Below, piece after piece: positions 9,233 to 17,167 of a DNA stretch of 32,000 nucleotides; the first letter of the stretch is position 1; every line of letters starts with the position of its first letter. Position numbers and translations under genes: made by a program. Below the pieces are notes generated by a model. The model did no database searches, had not been told where the DNA came from, and worked only from the letters and a program-made list of their open reading frames with translations. The DNA is from Planctopirus limnophila DSM 3776 (lineage in GTDB: Bacteria > Planctomycetota > Planctomycetia > Planctomycetales > Planctomycetaceae), in NCBI RefSeq assembly GCF_000092105.1, contig NC_014148.1:5310001-5342000 (forward strand), written 5' to 3'.

Positions 9233-10853
9233 TCGTGCCGATGTTTTTTCAGCTGGCTTATGGCTTCGATTTGGTCGGCCCTCCCGGTATCTGTTGTTTT
9301 TGCTGGCAGGCTGTTCACTGATGATTTCGGGCTGCGGCGATCGGCCAGCCGTCAGTCAACCTGCGGGCGATCAAAATGCAGATCGTCAGGTGGCCAGCCC
9401 TGCGTCATCACAGGTAACTTCAAACAGCCAGGACTCAACGACTTCCAGAACGAGTCAAGCCGCCCAGCGACGAGTGGCAGAGATTGCCAGCAATATGCAG
9501 GATGAGCCGGAGATGGTCGTCCCGGATGCGGATCCTCAGGCGTTTGCTTCATCGCAGACGGGCGGAGAATCGAACCCCCGTGCGCAAATGGCTGCACGGC
9601 CTGCCGGGCCAGAACTGGCCACTCTTCCCGCTCCAGCGAAAACTCCAGCAGAACTCGAAGCGCTGGGGTTTCGGGTGATCACTTCGCCGCACATCGTCAT
9701 CGTGACCGATCTTCCACTAGCCGAAGTTGCCAAACTTCCCGAACTGGGGGAAGCGCTGCTCCAGCGACTGCAGAGCGATTTCCACATCAAGTGGCCCGAG
9801 AATCAGCAATTGACGGGCTATGTCATGTCTGACATGACGAGCTTCCGCGAGACAGGGCTGTTGCCAGAAGATTTGCCGGGCTTTCTGCATGGTCGACATC
9901 GGGGGAGTGAGTTCTGGATGAAAATGCAGGCCACGCCTTACTACTTGAGGCATCTATTCCTGCATGAGCTTACTCACGTGGTGACTTTGATTGGAGTGCG
10001 TGAAGATTTGCCTGTGGGATTTAAGGAAGGGATTGCCGAGTGGTACGCCACAAACTTTATAGACGAAGCGGGCAAGCCCTATTTTGGAGTGCTTCCCGGC
10101 AGGCCCGAAGATTTCGCTGGCTGGGGGCGGATTGGCCTGATTCAGGAAGATCTTGCTACAGGAAAAGGACGTTCGTTTGCTGATTTACTGACAATTGACG
10201 CCCACGAATTTTCTACGAACGACGACTATGCCTGGGCCTGGCTCTGGATTCAGTTCTGCAGCCAGCATCCCACCTATGGGCCGGATTTCGCCAAGCTACG
10301 AACATCTCGAACATTGGAGGAATTCCTCCAATCGGCCCGCCGAGCTGATCAGACATCGACGACATGGCTTTCCAGCGATTGGTTACGGCTCTCGACAGAT
10401 ATTTGTTTTGGTTATGATACCGCTTTGGCTGCGACGTTACATCGCCCCATGGAACCCCTGGCGGTTCAACCGGTCACACGCTCGATTGCAGCGAAGGCGG
10501 GCTGGCAATCGACGGGCCTGCTGGTTCCTCAAGGCACCACGATTCGTCTGCGTGCCAAAGGACAAGTCGAGCTGAATCGCACCACTCGCCCGTGGATTTC
10601 GCAACCACAAGGGATCTCGGTGGATTATGCGAATGGCCAGAAACTGGGACGGCTCATGGCCTGGTGGGGGATTCCTGACCTGCCACTCACAGCCCACGGT
10701 GCGGAATTCACAGAAGTCATTCCCGCAGGTCAAATCGCCCGACTGACCGCCCCTCGCGAGGCAGTGCTCTTTCTGCGCATCAACGACCATTTCTACGATC
10801 TCGCCAATAATTCGGGGGAGTATGAGGTGGTGATTGAGCAGGATGTGGAGTGA
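9225..10853 (+). CDS. Exported (lipoprotein-like signal) HExxH putative metallopeptidase, DUF1570-like, with C-terminal PA-IL/LecA-like beta-sandwich motif
   Basis: N-terminal LLFLLAGCSLMISGCGD, then LFLHELTHVV (HExxH). The C-terminus LRINDHFYDLANNSGEYEVVIE resembles the LecA ...YNDVPGTYGNNSGSFSVNI signature. The ATG overlaps the cupin stop (ATGTCTAG). Confidence 0.75.
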   Translation: MSSRADVFSAGLWLRFGRPSRYLLFLLAGCSLMISGCGDRPAVSQPAGDQNADRQVASPASSQVTSNSQDSTTSRTSQAAQRRVAEIASNMQDEPEMVVPDADPQAFASSQTGGESNPRAQMAARPAGPELATLPAPAKTPAELEALGFRVITSPHIVIVTDLPLAEVAKLPELGEALLQRLQSDFHIKWPENQQLTGYVMSDMTSFRETGLLPEDLPGFLHGRHRGSEFWMKMQATPYYLRHLFLHELTHVVTLIGVREDLPVGFKEGIAEWYATNFIDEAGKPYFGVLPGRPEDFAGWGRIGLIQEDLATGKGRSFADLLTIDAHEFSTNDDYAWAWLWIQFCSQHPTYGPDFAKLRTSRTLEEFLQSARRADQTSTTWLSSDWLRLSTDICFGYDTALAATLHRPMEPLAVQPVTRSIAAKAGWQSTGLLVPQGTTIRLRAKGQVELNRTTRPWISQPQGISVDYANGQKLGRLMAWWGIPDLPLTAHGAEFTEVIPAGQIARLTAPREAVLFLRINDHFYDLANNSGEYEVVIEQDVE

Positions 10854-11017
10854 TGGATTGGGTATTTGGTTTTGGGTATTTGGTATTTGAGGAAGAAGAG
10901 CCTTTCACCAGCAGTTTTGACGCAACTCCCAACTCCCAAACACCAAACACCAAACACCCAACACCCAATACCCAACACCCAATATCAAATCCCACACTCC
11001 CCAAAATTCCCATCTCC
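10841..11017. repeat. Strand-asymmetric low-complexity element: 60-nt C-free G/T-rich tract (10841-10900) followed by 95-nt G-free C/A-rich heptamer-repeat tract (10923-11017)
   Basis: Read directly: GGGTATTTGGTTTTGGGTATTTGGTATTTG ... CAACTCCCAACTCCCAAACACCAAACACCAAACACCCAACACCCAATACCCAACACCCAATATCAAATCCC. The arms are imperfect reverse complements. Confidence 0.85.
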
Positions 11018-11092
11018 GACTTCATCTGCTAGACTGGCTGTTTGGGTCGATCATGGCCCCCGACTTTTTGACACATGTTCTTTGAGAGTTTT

Positions 11093-12289
11093 ATGAATTC
11101 GCTGGATTTAATCGCCACGACGGCTTTCGGACTCGAAGCTGTTGTCTCGCGAGAACTGGCTGCCATGGGCTACCACGAGCAGCAAATTGAAGATGGAAAA
11201 ATTACCTTCAAAGGTGATGCGCTCGCTGTGGCGCGAACCAACCTCTGGCTGCGCTCTGCAGATCGCGTTCTGCTACAAATCGGAAAGTTCGTCGCCAAGG
11301 ATTTCGACGAACTCTTCGATCAGACCAAAGAACTCCCCTGGAGCGAATGGCTCCCGGAAGATGCTGCCTTTCCTGTCACAGGGAGTTGTGTGCGATCGCT
11401 GTTGCACAATCCACCAGCGGTTCAAAGTCTCGTCAAAAAGGCGATTGTGGAAAGCCGCAAGCAAAACAGTCAGCGGCACTGGTTTCAAGAAACCGGCTTT
11501 GAATATCCCATCGATGTCTCGATCCTGCGCGATGTTGTCACGTTGACCATTGATACTTCAGGCCCTGGTCTGCACAAGCGAGGCTATCGCAAGCAAGGGG
11601 GCGCAGCTCCTCTCAAGGAAACTCTGGCAGCGGCACTGGTACAGCTCAGTTTCTGGAATCGCGAACGCCCTTTTCTCGATCCTTTTTGTGGCAGTGGAAC
11701 GATTCCTATCGAAGCAGCATTGATTGCCAAAAACCGGGCCCCGGGATTGGATCGAAACTTCCAGGCGGAACGCTGGGAACGTCTGCCCGTCGAAAACTGG
11801 CTCAAAGCCCGTGAGGAAGCGCGCGATCTGCAGATTTCCAAACCGACGACATACCCGCTGTTTGCCTCGGATATCAGTCCCCAGGCTGTCCAATTGACAG
11901 AAGATCATGCCCGGGCGGCCGGTGTGGCGGGCATGCTGCATGTCACACAAATGGATGTGCTCGAACTGAAAGATTCCCGGGATTACGGCGTAATTGTCAC
12001 CAACCCCCCTTATGGCGAGCGTTTGGGTGATCGAGAATCAGCAGAAGCCATTTACGATGATATGGCCGATGCCTTTTCACCGCTGAAGACGTGGTCGATC
12101 TATGTCTTAACTGCCGATGTGGGCTTTGAACGCTTTTTCCGCCGCCGGGCAGATCGTCGTCGGAAGCTCTATAATGGCCGCATTCAGTGCCAGTATTATC
12201 AGTACATTGGCCCGCGACCTCCCGGTTCGGTAGACCCTCGTGCTGATGAAGGTCTAGCCGGTGCTCCCTACGATCCGTATCAATCCTGA
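11093..12289 (+). CDS. THUMP-domain class I SAM-dependent RNA methyltransferase (RlmL/YpsC-like)
   Basis: N-terminus [22 protein letters not shown] resembles E. coli RlmL [29 protein letters not shown] (SAM site) and TNPPYGERL (NPPY catalytic motif) are present. GAGAG lies 5 nt upstream of the ATG at 11093; the ORF opens at 11075. Confidence 0.9.
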   Translation: [398 protein letters not shown]

Positions 12290-12376
12290 GTCTGTTCTGT
12301 GCTGACTCTCAAAATCCAGATGAGCTTGGCCAGTATTTCACAAATACCCAACATCAAACACTTAAAGATTTGACCT

Positions 12377-12748
12377 ATGACACGTCGCGTACTGAATGTC
12401 GGCCAGTGTGTGCCGGATACGATAAAGATTACGAATTTTCTGAAGTCGAGCTTCGATGTGGAGATCATTCCTTCAGCCACTGCTCCGGAGACAATCGATC
12501 TCCTGGGTAAGTCGAGCTATGACTTGGTACTGATCAATCGCAAGCTCGATGCCGACTACACCGACGGCATGGATATTATCCGCCAGATGAAATCTGATGA
12601 GCGGTTCCAGAAGATCCCGGTGATGCTGATTACGAACTATCCTGAGTACCAGCAGGAAGCCGTCGCGATTGGTGCAGCCTATGGCTTTGGCAAAGACGAG
12701 CTTGGTTCTTCCGACGCCGTCGCCCGCTTAACGCCGTATCTGGGCTGA
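12377..12748 (+). CDS. Stand-alone receiver (REC)-like domain protein lacking canonical phospho-acceptor residues
   Basis: CheY-like layout: VLNVGQ (in place of DD), DLVLIN (in place of the acceptor D), IPVMLIT (T present) and GAAYGFGK (K present). Confidence 0.7.
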   Translation: MTRRVLNVGQCVPDTIKITNFLKSSFDVEIIPSATAPETIDLLGKSSYDLVLINRKLDADYTDGMDIIRQMKSDERFQKIPVMLITNYPEYQQEAVAIGAAYGFGKDELGSSDAVARLTPYLG

Positions 12749-13121
12749 TGAACCTCATCTCTCGATTGGCAGAAGCAATCAGCCGTTTAGAAGTCAGAGG
12801 TCGGCGATGCCTGACAAGGATCCATCCCGATGTGTGCAGCCATCTCTGACTGTTTCCTTCGAATCGACAGCTTTGGGTGGGATCGAGCTCACTGTCCACT
12901 TCAGAAAAAACTTGGTTAAGTTTTCGAAAGGTTGCTGATTCCTCCTGTTCAATGAGAGTCTTCGAAGTATTATCACTGCGCGGTTGGCAGGAGACTGAAC
13001 TTCCATCTGCCAAGGTTCTTGAGCCAGTAACGCATTTGACATCAGAAAAACAGTAAACAGTTATAACGGCAGATAGGAAAGAGTGCAGTCCGGTATTTGC
13101 CGGAAAGCAAGCTTCACTGAA

Positions 13122-13176
13122 GGCCGACGCAGAACAGCTCTCTTCATGGGCTGGTCTGCGTCGGCCTTTTTCGTTT
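13122..13176 (+). terminator. Rho-independent terminator, + strand
   Basis: A perfect 12-bp stem GGCCGACGCAGA (13122-13133) / TCTGCGTCGGCC (13155-13166) is followed by TTTTTCGTTTG. Confidence 0.75.
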
Positions 13177-13424
13177 GTGGTGATTGAGAATCTGTCTGAA
13201 TTCATGCCGGATTCTCGTTCAACTTCCACAACAGCGGAACCTTGGGGCGTATTTAGAAGCCCACATTGGCAAAAACCGTTGCTTAACCGGCACCACAGAG
13301 ATCCGGAATCGCATCAAGCAAACAAGTTGGCATGAGAGAGACTTGTCATCAGGAACAGTTCTCATTTCGCAACAAACTCATTCACTCCACGCTCCCATGA
13401 CATCATTGATTTTCGGAGAATTCC

Positions 13425-13823
13425 ATGGCACGCATTGAATCCATGCTCGTGGATCAGATTTCTGTTGTTAACTCGGAAGGAGAGCCTTCAATAATCCTTG
13501 TCATCCAAAGTTTCCTTTTTCACCAGGGAGCAAAAATCCCCGGTCGATGCTGGATGGAAACTCCGGAAGGGCATTCGGTCAACAAAAGCGGCCCCTTTGA
13601 ATTCACGATTCAAAGTACCGGAGAAGTCTGCATGTGCCGACTTCATACGACCCAGACTTATCATGCGATCCAGATTGACTCACGAAAAGATCTGGCATCG
13701 ACAGTTCCAACTGTGGAACAGCAAGAATCCAATCGAGATGAAGAGCCACCGTCCCTTCTCCGATGGCGACCGACCTTCTCCATTGAGCATGATGAATTGG
13801 AAGTTACCCATGCCCCCTGCTGA
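13425..13823 (+). CDS. Hypothetical protein (no recognisable family)
   Basis: 132-aa ORF with GGAGA 5 nt upstream of the ATG and a balanced amino-acid composition. The competing +1-frame ORF 13498..13908 starts at TTG and looks basic and out of frame. Confidence 0.35.
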   Translation: MARIESMLVDQISVVNSEGEPSIILVIQSFLFHQGAKIPGRCWMETPEGHSVNKSGPFEFTIQSTGEVCMCRLHTTQTYHAIQIDSRKDLASTVPTVEQQESNRDEEPPSLLRWRPTFSIEHDELEVTHAPC

Positions 13824-14082
13824 TCTTCCAGCCGATAACGATTCTCCTTTGCAGCAGCCTGAAAAAGCATTGCCTTCCATTTCGAGGCAAGAAATAGACA
13901 TTCGTTAAGGCCTGTAGAATCTCTCTCGAATTCACATCGTATGCTACATGCCCAGATATTGGATTGGATTCAAGGACCGACTTCCCAGGTTATTTGGTCG
14001 TGGCGGCGTAATAACCAGTATTTTATTGAGCAAACAATTCATAAATTGGCTGCCACAGGAATATGAAATCTGAGCGTAACGT

Positions 14083-14122
14083 TAAGAAAAATGTCCGGCG
14101 ATCCATCTGGTTCGCCGGACAT
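14083..14122 (-). terminator. Rho-independent terminator, - strand, ending the DUF2294/DUF3309/GY-rich unit
   Basis: An 11-bp stem ATGTCCGGCGA (14091-14101) / TCGCCGGACAT (14112-14122) is followed on the minus strand by TTTTTCTT. Confidence 0.8.
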
Positions 14123-14187
14123 TCTGCAAAATGAAGAAAACGGATCATCTCACGAAAAGTACGAGAGCTTCTGGATACAGATGACAG

Positions 14188-14766
14188 TTACCGATCACTG
14201 ACCTGTTCATCATCCCTGCGCACTGTCTGTGAGTCGTCCGCTGGCAGTGTGGCCAGAGTAGGCTCACTTGCCTGCCCAGGGATTGCCGAAACGACTGCTG
14301 CTGTCGAAGTGGTGGTGCAACAGGAAGGTTGTGGAACGCAACAGGCTGCGACTTGTGTCGTATAGCCAGCCATAACAACTCCTATTGTCTGGCAGGCGGC
14401 GACAGGTTGCTGATAAGCGACACAACTATATTGCACTTGCGGTCGATAGTATCTTCCACGCCGTCCACGATCGTAGGTGTTCGGCCCATAGGTATAACCA
14501 TTCTGATACCGATAGCCAGACCATCCGGGTTGGTTGTATCCGCTACCATATCCGTAAACCGCCTGCTGGCGGTAGCCACCATTCCATCCGTTTCCGTAGT
14601 ACTGATTTCCATAGTATCGATTGGATGCGTTTCCATAACCCACCCGAAACAGCTGCGCTTCTGCGTCAGGACATCCCATAAACAGGGTAAAACCCGTAAT
14701 CATGGTTCCCAAGACATACTTCCATAAAGAGCACATGATTGATACTTTCTTAATCCTTGGATTCAT
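14188..14766 (-). CDS. Secreted Gly/Tyr/Asn-rich low-complexity protein with Cys-rich C-terminal part
   Basis: The signal peptide MNPRIKKVSIMCSLWKYVLGTMITGFTLFMGCPDAEA-Q comes from the ATG at 14766. It is followed by YGNQYYGNGWNGGYRQQAVYGYGSGYNQPGWSGYRYQNGYTYGPNTYDRGRRGRYY and then ...AACCVPQPSCCTTT. Confidence 0.65.
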   Translation of the reverse strand: MNPRIKKVSIMCSLWKYVLGTMITGFTLFMGCPDAEAQLFRVGYGNASNRYYGNQYYGNGWNGGYRQQAVYGYGSGYNQPGWSGYRYQNGYTYGPNTYDRGRRGRYYRPQVQYSCVAYQQPVAACQTIGVVMAGYTTQVAACCVPQPSCCTTTSTAAVVSAIPGQASEPTLATLPADDSQTVRRDDEQVSDR

Positions 14767-14799
14767 ACAGTTGGCTGCAAATGCGGCCAGATTCACATC

Positions 14800-14955
14800 T
14801 CAGATGCGTTGCATCAGAAGGAGAACGATCAGGATCACGACAATGAGCCCAATCCCTCCGCTTGGATACGCCCCCCAGTTGCGACTATAACCCCAGGTGG
14901 GCATCGCACCGATCATCATGAGTATGAGCAATACAATCAGTACAGTTGTCAGCAT
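14800..14955 (-). CDS. DUF3309-family small membrane protein (51 aa)
   Basis: MLTTVLIVLLILMMIGAMPTWGYSRNWGAYPSGGIGLIVVILIVLLLMQRI matches the DUF3309 pattern (GALPxWxYSRxWGYxPSGG...LLLxGRI). AAAGGAG lies 7 nt upstream of the ATG at 14955. Confidence 0.8.
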   Translation of the reverse strand: MLTTVLIVLLILMMIGAMPTWGYSRNWGAYPSGGIGLIVVILIVLLLMQRI

Positions 14956-15059
14956 GCAGAGACTCCTTTCTATCAATAAGGAAAGCTCAGTCTTGGAACA
15001 CGAGGTTGTTCCATAGTGTGATGTGGCTGCAAGCAGGCAATAAGCGCTGCCACGTCTCT

Positions 15060-15473
15060 CTAACTGGAAGAGATCTCGCCGGTCCATTTGGAGGCTGGAA
15101 TTCCACTTGCTAGTCGGAAGAGTTGAATCACTGTTCCATTAACAAATGTATGAGTTACGACACCATTGTCGGTCTCAAACTCCACAGCGGCATCTTGAAT
15201 CGCTACGCCTGTTACACGCTGAAGTTCCTCTCTCAAGGCGGGAAGAGAGCACATGAAGAGTCGGTTGTGGTATTCTTGAACCTGAGCAGCGCCCGTTTCA
15301 GTCTGCGATAATGTCACCTCGACGGGTGACAACGCATCGATGAGAGTCACGATTAATGTCGCCTGATCAAGCGTGACTGTGACTTTGGTTGGCGCATGTC
15401 CCGACATTTCCAATTGAAACCTGGTGATGACATCCTTGACTTGTTGCTCCATCGACTTGGTTTTTGGGGGCAT
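15060..15473 (-). CDS. DUF2294-family protein (paralogue 1)
   Basis: It shares the layout of the clear DUF2294 protein at 16454: ...GHAPTKVTVTLDQATLIVTLIDALSPVEVTL...LREELQRVTGVAIQD... Confidence 0.75.
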   Translation of the reverse strand: MPPKTKSMEQQVKDVITRFQLEMSGHAPTKVTVTLDQATLIVTLIDALSPVEVTLSQTETGAAQVQEYHNRLFMCSLPALREELQRVTGVAIQDAAVEFETDNGVVTHTFVNGTVIQLFRLASGIPASKWTGEISSS

Positions 15474-15609
15474 AACGATATCCTTGCCATTCTTCTCTGG
15501 GGGTTCGCCGCAGGCTGTTTTTTGAAAGGCTTATGCCCGAGCGGAGGAATCCTGGTGCTCCTGTGAGCAAACATTGCACAAGCGCAGGCATGCCAACAGT
15601 GAACCGGAT

Positions 15610-15873
15610 CTAAAACACTCGAATCTTGTTAATTACAGGTACGCCGTCGGCGTACTCCAGCAGCACTGATTGTGCTAATTGTTTGATGTAATACGAATCC
15701 GTTCGTCCATGGATCAGTAAGTGTGTTGACGAACGCAGCACTCGAATGCCGCGAACACTTCCGTAAAGTCTGCGAGTGACAAGATCAGTCAACTCCGGGA
15801 GGTCGATGGGTACCATTGACGCTATCGCTCTCTCGCTCTGGCATTCGGACTGCCGATTCATTGATATTTCCAT
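15610..15873 (-). CDS. BON-domain-like small protein
   Basis: IRVLRSSTHLLIHGRTDSYYIKQLAQSVLLEYADGVPVINKIRV fits the BON pattern (x-V-x-L-x-G-x-V-x-S...K..A...GV..V.N.I.V). Confidence 0.55.
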   Translation of the reverse strand: MEISMNRQSECQSERAIASMVPIDLPELTDLVTRRLYGSVRGIRVLRSSTHLLIHGRTDSYYIKQLAQSVLLEYADGVPVINKIRVF

Positions 15874-16050
15874 TCTGCTATCAATAGATGGTGAAACTCT
15901 CAGGATGTGGCTTATCGCGTGATGACGGAGAAATAGCTGTGATCGATGTCACTAAGTGGATTCCCTCAGTTCGTATGATGAGATCCACGATGACGTCATA
16001 TGACATCGTGCATGCAACTTAAGATCATCAAGCGTCGGTATCTAATACCT

Positions 16051-16103
16051 GAAAAACAAAAACCGACATAAAAAGATCCCGGGCAGGGAACTCTTTATGT
16101 CGG
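16051..16103 (-). terminator. Strong Rho-independent terminator, - strand, with no annotated gene feeding it
   Basis: The minus strand reads CCGACATAAAGAG-(15-nt loop)-CTTTTTATGTCGG (13 bp, one G.U), followed by TTTTTGTTTTTC. Confidence 0.8.
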
Positions 16104-16453
16104 CTTACAGATGATCATGCCTTCCGGGATGACCCGGCCTGCATTTTCTCTTGTCTTCCGAGGGATATTTTCAATGTCGCTGATAGACGAGACCGTTCTG
16201 CGATAATGACTGGCCGTGAAAAATATAGGTACTATGAATTCTTCAGCCAAGTCATGCTTCATGGTACCCTGTGGCATGATGATGAACAGGGACAATGGTC
16301 ACATTTTCTGAGATTGTGGAAAATCGATTCATTCCTTTTTTCATTTCTTTAGGTTATGAAGGATGAGTGTTCTGACAATAGATCCCCTTCCGTACAGCAA
16401 TAGATGACACGTTGCTTGTGAATGATTTGAATGGATATGCAAGGTGAGTTCAG

Positions 16454-16855
16454 ATGACCAAACCAATCATTGAGCCAAAAACCGCGGGAGAGATTGCTTC
16501 TTCCGTATGTATTGCCATGGCCCGTTTTGAGCAGGATTTCATGGGCCGCGGACCTAAAGACATCCATGCGCATCTGGTGGGGGATCTGCTGATTGTTCGA
16601 CTCCAGGGTGTTTTGACAGCTGCGGAACAACAATTGATCAAGACCTTACCCCCGGGAAAAGGTCGTGATCTGCTTAAAGAAGTGCGCACTCAACTGATTG
16701 AGACAGCTCGGTCGCAGTTGGAAGAGATGGTTGAACAAACCACTGGAGTGGCGTCAATCAGCCTGCATCACGATATCAGCACCAAGACTGGTGAAGAGAT
16801 TGTGATTTTTACTCTGGCCCGGGCTCCCGTTGTCAGAGAGACACGCCGGCGTTGA
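16454..16855 (+). CDS. DUF2294-family protein (paralogue 2)
   Basis: FEQDFMGRGPKDIHAHLVGDLLIVRLQGVLTAAEQQL...GRDLLKEVRTQLIETARSQLEEMVEQTTGVASISLHHDISTKTGEEIVIFTL is a textbook DUF2294 signature. AAGGTGA precedes the ATG. Confidence 0.9.
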   Translation: MTKPIIEPKTAGEIASSVCIAMARFEQDFMGRGPKDIHAHLVGDLLIVRLQGVLTAAEQQLIKTLPPGKGRDLLKEVRTQLIETARSQLEEMVEQTTGVASISLHHDISTKTGEEIVIFTLARAPVVRETRRR

Positions 16856-17167
16856 TGGCGCAGGCACGAATGCCAGCCAGCTCTACCAGGGGATTAACGC
16901 GTGCTCATTGGTGGTATTCATCCAGTCGCGCTGCGGGCGAAGGTTGCTCGTGCCGCCATTGTGAGGTATTTACCTCAACTGTTTGTTTTTGAAGACAAGT
17001 AAAATCTCGATTTGGTTGCCGATCCGTCGGCAGAACTTTCCATGAATCGCCTGCCTGGAAGATCGCTTGGCGAACAGGTATCACTTTTCCAAGGGTTTAC
17101 CACCTGGAGTAATGGCTAAAGAATGTCGATTGACCTGTTTGCACCATGGAGTAAGGCAATCGGATGT

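Noticed and set aside
10780-11096. Four 60-81-aa ORFs across the low-complexity tracts (e.g. PNSQTPNTKHPTPNTQHP)
   Set aside because: They are translations of the heptamer repeats in several frames on both strands. They have no start context and are treated as a noncoding repeat element.
12630-13229. 199-aa minus-strand ORF
   Set aside because: It overlaps the 3' end of the receiver-like gene, runs straight through the 12-bp terminator stem, and has no SD and Arg/Ser-rich composition.
15575-15595. Sigma54-like TGGCAT...TTGTGCA on the minus strand upstream of DUF2294 paralogue 1
   Set aside because: The spacing between the GG and GC elements does not fit TGGCAC-N5-TTGC, and the -12 element is not TTGC.
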